Shown here one piece after another: positions 57,903 to 64,000 of a stretch of 64,000 nucleotides of DNA (position 1 is its first letter; each line of letters starts with the position of its first letter). Location of the stretch: IMG/VR virus record IMGVR_UViG_3300027659_003120, positions 27,817-91,816 of that record. One strand, written 5' to 3'. This DNA is from a virus. Both the position numbers and the translations under genes were made by a program. The notes beneath the pieces were generated by a model. That model was not told the DNA's origin. It did no database searches and worked only from the letters and a program-made list of their open reading frames with translations.

Positions 57903-58667
57903 ATGTTCGGAGATAAAATCACACAGTCGGTTGCTGAGGCTGTAAAACAAATTTTAGCAACAGAGAAATTACATCCTAATCAACAAAAATTAGATGTACA
58001 TGAACCTGAAAAAGATAAATTGACAAGAAAAGATTTTGAGATGCTTCGGTCTAATAAGAAACCAAAGAATGAAGCATTTAATCCACTCAAGCATATCGTG
58101 AATCCATCACCTGCTGTTAAGACCGCTGCTAAGGATGTTAAGCGTGGTAGTTATGCTGACCGTGCTGCATTGATGAAGGCTGGCGGTGTTAAAGATGACC
58201 GCGGTCCTCGTGGCGTGACAAAAGAAGAAGTTGAAGAATTAGATTTATACGAAGATGAGGATCGTTTAAAATCTAGAATTGAAAAAGAAAAAGGACATGT
58301 TAAAAGCCTTGCTGCACGAGCTAAGACCACTACCGGAACAGATGGTAAAAAAACAATGATGTTTCCTGATCCGGAATCAAGCTATGCTCATGAAGAAAGA
58401 TTGCAAAAAATTGCAAAGATGGAAGCCAGACTAGGAAAAATACAAAAAAAGAAAAGTGTGACAAAAGAAGAAGTTGAAGAAGCTGTAGAAAGTCCATTCA
58501 CATCTTACAAAAAACCTAGAGAAATAGAATCACGTGGCGGTTCTGGCATCAAACAAGGAACTCGGTACGGTGGCGGAAAACAAAAAGATGTACCTACTCA
58601 AGATGAAGCACCAAAAACAAAAAAGCCTAAAGGTATGATGAATTTCAAAGAAATGTTCGGAGAGTAA
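57903..58667 (+). CDS. modular putative internal head protein
   Basis: Basic modules separated by VTKEEVEE linkers; AGGAG SD. Confidence 0.65.
   Translation: MFGDKITQSVAEAVKQILATEKLHPNQQKLDVHEPEKDKLTRKDFEMLRSNKKPKNEAFNPLKHIVNPSPAVKTAAKDVKRGSYADRAALMKAGGVKDDRGPRGVTKEEVEELDLYEDEDRLKSRIEKEKGHVKSLAARAKTTTGTDGKKTMMFPDPESSYAHEERLQKIAKMEARLGKIQKKKSVTKEEVEEAVESPFTSYKKPREIESRGGSGIKQGTRYGGGKQKDVPTQDEAPKTKKPKGMMNFKEMFGE
58215..58481 (+). repeat. 24-bp perfect direct repeat GTGACAAAAGAAGAAGTTGAAGAA (58215-58238, 58458-58481)
   Basis: Identical copies read directly from sequence. Confidence 0.9.
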
Positions 58668-58668
58668 A

Positions 58669-61600
58669 ATGAAAATACAGTCAAATGCTATGGATAGAAT
58701 TAGACAATTGCAAAACAGAACTTTACGAGAAACTGTTGGTTTGCAAGAAGCAATGCATCCAGATGATCCTAAAAAAAATATGCCGCTAGGTGGAGGAAGT
58801 GGTGGCGGTGTTCCGTTCAACACAGTATTTGATCCTAAAAATCCATCAAAAATACCTGGAAGTTTTAAAGCTAAGGCGGATGCAGCGGCCAGTAAAACAA
58901 AACCTGAAACATTAGGTAGCGCACCTAGTGGAAGAAATTATGGTCTAATTCAAACAACTCAAGCTGAAAAAGATGCAGCATGGAAAAAATCGCAAGACCT
59001 CAAAGCACAAAAGGCCGCAGCGGGTGGCGGTGGCGCTGGAAAACCACCTTCTGGTGGTAACTCATCAGGAAGAGATAACATGCCTCCTGATTCCGACAAA
59101 TTTGATAAAGCAGTACCTGCTGCCGCAATTTCTACGGGCGCGGCTGGAGCAATTGCCATCGCCGCTCAACAGTTATCAAAAGACGATAAACCAGCATCAG
59201 CGCCAAAGCCAGCAGCAGCAGCAAAAGATACAGCAGGACCAAAAGGCGTGCCATTGCCAGACAATGACCCTAGATGGAAATTACCAATTCCGCCACCACC
59301 GCCAGTAGTAGCAAAGACAGAACCAGCGCCAGCATCAGCGCCAAAGCCAGCAGCACCTGCCACTAATGCCAGAGCTAATTTTGCAGCCATCGATCCAAGA
59401 AGAGATGCCATGGCAGCTAATGTTGAACCAGTAAAAGCGAAACAAGTTAGACCTGATAATGGTGATAGTGGAAGTCCTGGAAGTGTTGCTGGCAAAAAAA
59501 TTGACGCCAATATTCCACAATATAAACAACCAACAACACCGCCAGCAGCAAAGACAGAACCAGCGCCAGCGCCAGCAAAGACAGACAGAAATACTTATGC
59601 ATCCAGCGATTCAAGAATAGCCTCCATGGCAGTTGATGTTAAACCAGTAAAAGCAACACCACCGCCAGTAACAGTAAAAAAAGAACCAGCTCCAGTAGTA
59701 GTAAAAAAAGAACCAGCTCCAGTAGTAGTAAAAAAAGAACCAGCTCCAGTAGTAGTAAAAAAAGAACCAGCGCCAGTAGTAGTAAAAAAAGAACCACCGC
59801 CAACACCGCCAGCAGCGAAAACACCACCGCCAACACCGCCAGATAATATTAGTCCCGATGTTGATATTAGTCCCGAGGCAAAAGCCGCAGGTGAAAGGAA
59901 GGGCGTTAACCCAGAAATGTTAAGGGCTCAGGTAGTCGCAGCAAATAAAGAAAAAAAAGAAAAAGAAGAAAGAGAAAAATTATCCGGAGCAATCTACTCC
60001 GACGAATCTGTACAATCTAAAGCAAGAAGTGCATCTTTTGTTTTTGAAAGAATTAGAAATATAACAGAAGGTCGCCCATCTCAGCGTCATCCACTAGAGG
60101 GGCATGATTACCACAAAAAATCTAATGATGAATTAATTTATATTGCTAAAGATGCACATAAAGCGGCTGAAGCAATGAAGGGCCATAATACTAAAGCAGA
60201 AAACAAATATCGTGACCAAGCAAACGATTCTGCTACTGTTCGGTACTATCGTCAAAAAAGTGGTATGCCGGACTGGTATAAAAAGAAATATGGTCACTTA
60301 AAGGAAGAAAATGTACCTGTGCCACCAGAAACAAAAGTAGTAAAAAAAGAACCAGAAACAAAAGTAGTAACACAAAAGAAACTACAAACCGGAGGTTCAG
60401 CTGGTGGTAGTAGATATCCGTGGAATTACGAAAGTGTTAATCATGTGACGGAAGCAAAAGAAAAGACAGAGTATGATTACGAAGGTGACATGGCTCGTGG
60501 TCAATTGCAAAGCATTATCAGCAATGCACAGAGAGTACATGACATGCTAGAAGATAATGACAATCTTGCTGAGTGGGTACAATCAAAGATTACTCTTGCT
60601 GAAGATTACATTTCAACAGTTGCTAATTACATGATGAGCGAAGTTGATGAAGAAGTGCAAATTGATGAACTATCTTCCGAGCTTCTAGGACGCTATAAAA
60701 AATCTGCTGGTGCTCAAGCATCCGCTGCTGATAAATCTGGTGACTATGCTAAAGCTAACAAACGGTTTAGTGGCATTATGAAAGCAACCAAAAAGCAATT
60801 TGCTAACGATACTAAACCTGTATCCGAATCTGATGCCGCATATGGTGCTTCTCTTAGAGCAAAAGAAGAAAAACGTAAGATGAGTAACATTAGTGGTGCA
60901 GATAAATCTAAGTTATCATCAATTGTTTCTAGGTTGAATAGAGAAAAGAAGAAACTACCTCAGGGCGCTAACGATACTAAGCAAGTTGTGGCGGAAGTTA
61001 GCAATAATACACTAAAAAGTTATCAACAAAAAGTAAGTTCTGACTCTATGAAACATAAAGCAGACCCAACAAAACGTAGTCCAGAAAAAGCCAACCGCAG
61101 TGTTGCAGGATTTGCTAAAGCGCAGAATCGTTCAGAGCAAGGTGTGGCGGAAGCAGTTGAATCACATCAAGGAGAGTGGATTGATGAAGCAGGTCCTGGT
61201 CTATGGGCAAACATTCATGCAAAGCGCCAACGAATTAAGCAAGGTTCAAAAGAGCGTATGAGAAATCCTGGCGAAAAAGGTGCACCAGAATCTGGTGCAT
61301 TAGAAAAAGCAAGAGGCACGAATGAAGAAGTAAAAGGTGAATATGAACGCAAAGTTGACAAATATCTGAAAAAGAAATATACACCAGATGATAACAAACC
61401 ACCATTTGATGCACCATATGCTAAAATGCCAAAGGCTGATAAATCTGGTGCAGTGCATTCACCAATGTCAAGAGCAAAACATCTTGCTAAGATGGCAGGT
61501 AGAAAACAAGCAGGTATTAAAGAGAATTCACATGATGGACAAGATAATATTAATACACCCGCTAAAAGGTCTTTATCTAAAACCGCAGGAATGGTTAAAA

Positions 61601-61692
61601 GTATTTTAAAGGGTGCAAAATCTAAAAATAAAAATTTAGATAAATTTGAAAGCGATCCAGAATTATCTTCACAAATAGTCAAACAAGAATAA
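58669..61692 (+). CDS. 1007-aa low-complexity modular protein, putative internal head polyprotein
   Basis: Pro/Ala/Lys-rich N-half; C-half of short modules each bounded by hydrophobic-x-E sites. Confidence 0.7.
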   Translation: MKIQSNAMDRIRQLQNRTLRETVGLQEAMHPDDPKKNMPLGGGSGGGVPFNTVFDPKNPSKIPGSFKAKADAAASKTKPETLGSAPSGRNYGLIQTTQAEKDAAWKKSQDLKAQKAAAGGGGAGKPPSGGNSSGRDNMPPDSDKFDKAVPAAAISTGAAGAIAIAAQQLSKDDKPASAPKPAAAAKDTAGPKGVPLPDNDPRWKLPIPPPPPVVAKTEPAPASAPKPAAPATNARANFAAIDPRRDAMAANVEPVKAKQVRPDNGDSGSPGSVAGKKIDANIPQYKQPTTPPAAKTEPAPAPAKTDRNTYASSDSRIASMAVDVKPVKATPPPVTVKKEPAPVVVKKEPAPVVVKKEPAPVVVKKEPAPVVVKKEPPPTPPAAKTPPPTPPDNISPDVDISPEAKAAGERKGVNPEMLRAQVVAANKEKKEKEEREKLSGAIYSDESVQSKARSASFVFERIRNITEGRPSQRHPLEGHDYHKKSNDELIYIAKDAHKAAEAMKGHNTKAENKYRDQANDSATVRYYRQKSGMPDWYKKKYGHLKEENVPVPPETKVVKKEPETKVVTQKKLQTGGSAGGSRYPWNYESVNHVTEAKEKTEYDYEGDMARGQLQSIISNAQRVHDMLEDNDNLAEWVQSKITLAEDYISTVANYMMSEVDEEVQIDELSSELLGRYKKSAGAQASAADKSGDYAKANKRFSGIMKATKKQFANDTKPVSESDAAYGASLRAKEEKRKMSNISGADKSKLSSIVSRLNREKKKLPQGANDTKQVVAEVSNNTLKSYQQKVSSDSMKHKADPTKRSPEKANRSVAGFAKAQNRSEQGVAEAVESHQGEWIDEAGPGLWANIHAKRQRIKQGSKERMRNPGEKGAPESGALEKARGTNEEVKGEYERKVDKYLKKKYTPDDNKPPFDAPYAKMPKADKSGAVHSPMSRAKHLAKMAGRKQAGIKENSHDGQDNINTPAKRSLSKTAGMVKSILKGAKSKNKNLDKFESDPELSSQIVKQE
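59665..59799 (+). repeat. five tandem 27-bp coding repeats (PVVVKKEPA)
   Basis: CCAGTAGTAGTAAAAAAAGAACCAGCT units, head to tail. Confidence 0.92.
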
Positions 61693-61694
61693 TT

Positions 61695-61702
61695 CATAAA
61701 TA
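61695..61702 (+). promoter_or_regulatory. late promoter variant CATAAATA
   Basis: Intergenic, upstream of AAGGAG. Confidence 0.65.
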
Positions 61703-61728
61703 TAACAATAAACAATAAGGAGATTAAA

Positions 61729-62340
61729 ATGGCTTTATGGACTAATTCAGATGCAGCCAACGGTGCACCAAAAATAATTGGTGTTGCTGGTGTAAATAAC
61801 GCAAGTGGCTCAGATATGTATGGTAATACACAAATTGCAGCATTTAATACGGGTTTACGGGAAACTGCCGGTGTTTTCGGTGTAAGTACAATTGAACAAA
61901 CGGTATCAGAAACTTCAAATACACACCCACAACATGCGGGCTGGGTTTTGGTTACCAGAGGTACAGGACCAATTATTAGTGTTACAGCAAATACTTCTGC
62001 TGTTACAACTAATGGCGCACTAACTTTAACTGGCGGCGGAACTGGTGCTACACAGGCTAATGTTTATATTTCGGTTAATGCTCAAGGATATGTTGTAAAT
62101 TCAGCAATCCAAATTAATCCAGTTAATGATTTTATTGGTGGTAATTACTTAACTGTTCCAACACATGCAGCGGCAGGAAATGCAGTATTTACCTTCACTC
62201 TAGGTGGTCGTGCTGGTCGTAGTCAAACTGAAACTTTAGTTGCTATGGGCAGTTTAGGTAATGTTAATGCTACAGGTATTGCTCCCGCAGTATTCGTTGC
62301 AGATAATGCTGCTGACAATGCAATTTTCCCAAATAGTTAA
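61729..62340 (+). CDS. putative virion structural protein
   Basis: MALW start, HAGWV, GRAGRSQTETLVAM; Gly/Ala/Thr/Asn rich; late promoter. Confidence 0.65.
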   Translation: MALWTNSDAANGAPKIIGVAGVNNASGSDMYGNTQIAAFNTGLRETAGVFGVSTIEQTVSETSNTHPQHAGWVLVTRGTGPIISVTANTSAVTTNGALTLTGGGTGATQANVYISVNAQGYVVNSAIQINPVNDFIGGNYLTVPTHAAAGNAVFTFTLGGRAGRSQTETLVAMGSLGNVNATGIAPAVFVADNAADNAIFPNS

Positions 62341-62765
62341 TGTTAAACTTTACATCATTTTTGACTGAGGAAATAGAATTTGGTCAAGCAGTACAAGCAC
62401 ATGAACCCACAGGTAAAGAATCTTTATCTGTGGAAAATCCAATGTTTGTTGCAAAGATAAATTCAAATTTTAAAATAGAATTAAATGATGTTTTTTTGTC
62501 TCCAGAGTCTGGATTTCAAAAAATTCGTAAGGTATTGCATAAATTTGGTTTAGATATGCCAGCAATGTATGATATGGAACCAGATGGCGATGAGATTGTA
62601 TTAGATGTTGCTCAATTTGGTGATGCATCTTTAGGCACAGGATTACTTTACATATTATATCTTTTAGGTGATGAAGGATATTATCATTTTTATTCTGAAA
62701 TTACAAATGAATCGGGAATAGAAGAATTGATTTCTTCTGGTCTTGAGGAGGAAGACGAAGATTAA
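62340..62765 (+). CDS. acidic hypothetical protein
   Basis: TAATG coupling; MLNFTSFLTE leader. Confidence 0.6.
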   Translation: MLNFTSFLTEEIEFGQAVQAHEPTGKESLSVENPMFVAKINSNFKIELNDVFLSPESGFQKIRKVLHKFGLDMPAMYDMEPDGDEIVLDVAQFGDASLGTGLLYILYLLGDEGYYHFYSEITNESGIEELISSGLEEEDED

Positions 62766-62767
62766 TA

Positions 62768-63160
62768 ATGTATTTTGATGATTTGAACAGTGAGAATTAT
62801 ATGCTATATGCAGTTAAAGCTTACGATAAACCAAATTGTATTATGAGTGAATTTAAAGAAGATATGAAAAGATTTAATTATCTTAAAAAATTATTTCATA
62901 GATATCGTGAATTTGGTGAACTGCGTGAGAGACTTGTAATAAATCATTTAGTTGTTATGTATAATGTTTTTGGTGTAGAAGAAACAACAAGATTATTATT
63001 TTATAAGACTAAAGTTGAATATTACCCGGCACTTAAAACTTATCTGTTATTTTTAAATTATATGCCAACTTGTATCAAAGGAATTAAAGGAAAAGATATT
63101 TTATCATCCAATATTCCAGTTGATATGAGAATAGCAGATTTACTTAGAGAAATAAAATGA
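62768..63160 (+). CDS. conserved T4-like hypothetical protein
   Basis: YDKPNC..EFKEDMKRFNYLK, ERLVINH, YNVFG, LFYK. Confidence 0.75.
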   Translation: MYFDDLNSENYMLYAVKAYDKPNCIMSEFKEDMKRFNYLKKLFHRYREFGELRERLVINHLVVMYNVFGVEETTRLLFYKTKVEYYPALKTYLLFLNYMPTCIKGIKGKDILSSNIPVDMRIADLLREIK

Positions 63161-63510
63161 ATGAACATATTTTTAAGGATATCAAGGAAGATGTTCCTTC
63201 TAACTCATCGGGTGCTGGGGCTATAGCGGGCCTTGGTGTACCTAATCCAAATTTACCTAATCAAGCAGAGCCCGGCGTAAAGAAACGCAAAAAATTTGCA
63301 GGGTCTACTGTATTTCCAGTATCAACTAAATCTTTTGTTATGGCTAAAATGATGAAACGAAAAGGTGTTCGTTTTGAATCATACCTTGGTGACCCAGATA
63401 TCGCTAAAGAAATTGCTGAGTATGCAAATAAAAATTGGAAAGAAGCAATAGTTCTTGAGGATGAGCAAACCGGAGCAATGTGTTATCTGAGATACGGTAG
63501 GGGAAATTAA
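63157..63510 (+). CDS. hypothetical protein
   Basis: EDVPSNSSGAGAIAG, EDEQTGAM; coupled at both ends. Confidence 0.6.
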   Translation: MNEHIFKDIKEDVPSNSSGAGAIAGLGVPNPNLPNQAEPGVKKRKKFAGSTVFPVSTKSFVMAKMMKRKGVRFESYLGDPDIAKEIAEYANKNWKEAIVLEDEQTGAMCYLRYGRGN

Positions 63511-64000
63511 TGTGGCTGCTTAATTTTCTTCCGAATTATGTTTTTCACATATTATTCTTAATAGGATTAATTGGCTCAATAGCGGTTTTATTTCCGTTAC
63601 CAATTCTCTATAAATCTTCAATACAGATTATATCTATAGCAATACTCACCTTTGCTATTTACATGGAAGGTGCTATATCCAATCAAGCAGAATGGAAAGC
63701 AAAAGTTGCAGCCCTTCAAGTTGAAGTAGCAAAAAAAGAAACTATTTCCGCTACAATAACAACCGAGGTTATCACTAAATATGTTGATAGAGTAAAAATT
63801 GTGAAGGAAAAAGGCAATGTTATTATTAAAGAAATACCAACTTATATTACTAAAACTGACGATTCTAAGTGTATTGTGCCTAATGGTTTTGTCGTGCTCC
63901 ACGACAGTGCCAGTAGAAATGAAGTTCCCGACACCGCCAGAATTGTTGATGAAAGAGCCTCCAAAATTAAAATCTCTGGAGTCGCAGAAACTGTAGGAGA
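63510..64000 (+). CDS. membrane-anchored coiled-coil protein, Rz/i-spanin-like, 3'-truncated by window (missing from ORF track)
   Basis: MWLLNFLPNYVFHILFLIGLIG two TM segments, EWKAKVAALQVEV, TKYVDRVKIVKEK, CIVPNGFVVLHDSA; no stop before base 64000. Confidence 0.6.
   Translation, partial: MWLLNFLPNYVFHILFLIGLIGSIAVLFPLPILYKSSIQIISIAILTFAIYMEGAISNQAEWKAKVAALQVEVAKKETISATITTEVITKYVDRVKIVKEKGNVIIKEIPTYITKTDDSKCIVPNGFVVLHDSASRNEVPDTARIVDERASKIKISGVAETVG

Noticed and set aside
59665-59799. 27-bp repeats as a CRISPR array
   Set aside because: No spacers; head-to-tail, in-frame coding repeats; no cas genes.
165-63902. Minus-strand ORFs in the track (for example 8248-8715, 43923-44444, 61215-61760)
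   Set aside because: All lie antisense to well-supported + strand genes and show no recognisable motifs or SD.
1-64000. Alternative genetic code
   Set aside because: Core genes are full length in the standard code; TAG is rare but does terminate genes (36404, 44967).

Overview
64-kb segment of an AT-rich T4-like (Tevenvirinae/cyanomyovirus-type gene order) myophage genome; all credible genes are on the + strand and read in the standard code. Order: end of an oxygenase/glycosyltransferase block; neck-terminase-tail-head core (gp13-gp23, gp3) with a Dps gene wedged between the terminase subunits; uvsY/uvsW, gp55, gp47/46, peptide deformylase; a three-gene glycosyltransferase/methyltransferase cassette that looks like a DNA-modification module; vWA-peptidase plus MoxR/CobS-type ATPase; replisome genes (gp45, gp44, gp62, regA, gp43, uvsX, gp41) interleaved with accessory genes, hsp20 and one tRNA(CAT); an 8.7-kb sugar-nucleotide/methyl-sugar cluster; and a late block of proteins that start with T4 capsid-targeting-like leaders and are built from small modules joined by prohead-protease-type linkers; a partial spanin-like gene ends the window. 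Best leads: (1) capsid-packaged, protease-processed polyproteins whose modules appear to be swapped through short repeats in the linker DNA, including ligase-like, nucleotidyltransferase and kinase domains; (2) a compact late-promoter-driven structured RNA (pseudoknot plus kissing loop) ahead of a ROSE-like leader and hsp20; (3) the TAGT-like glycosyltransferase plus methyltransferase cassette; (4) a perfect antisense sigma70 promoter directly upstream of gp55. All family assignments are from motif recognition by eye; no database searches or folding programs were run.
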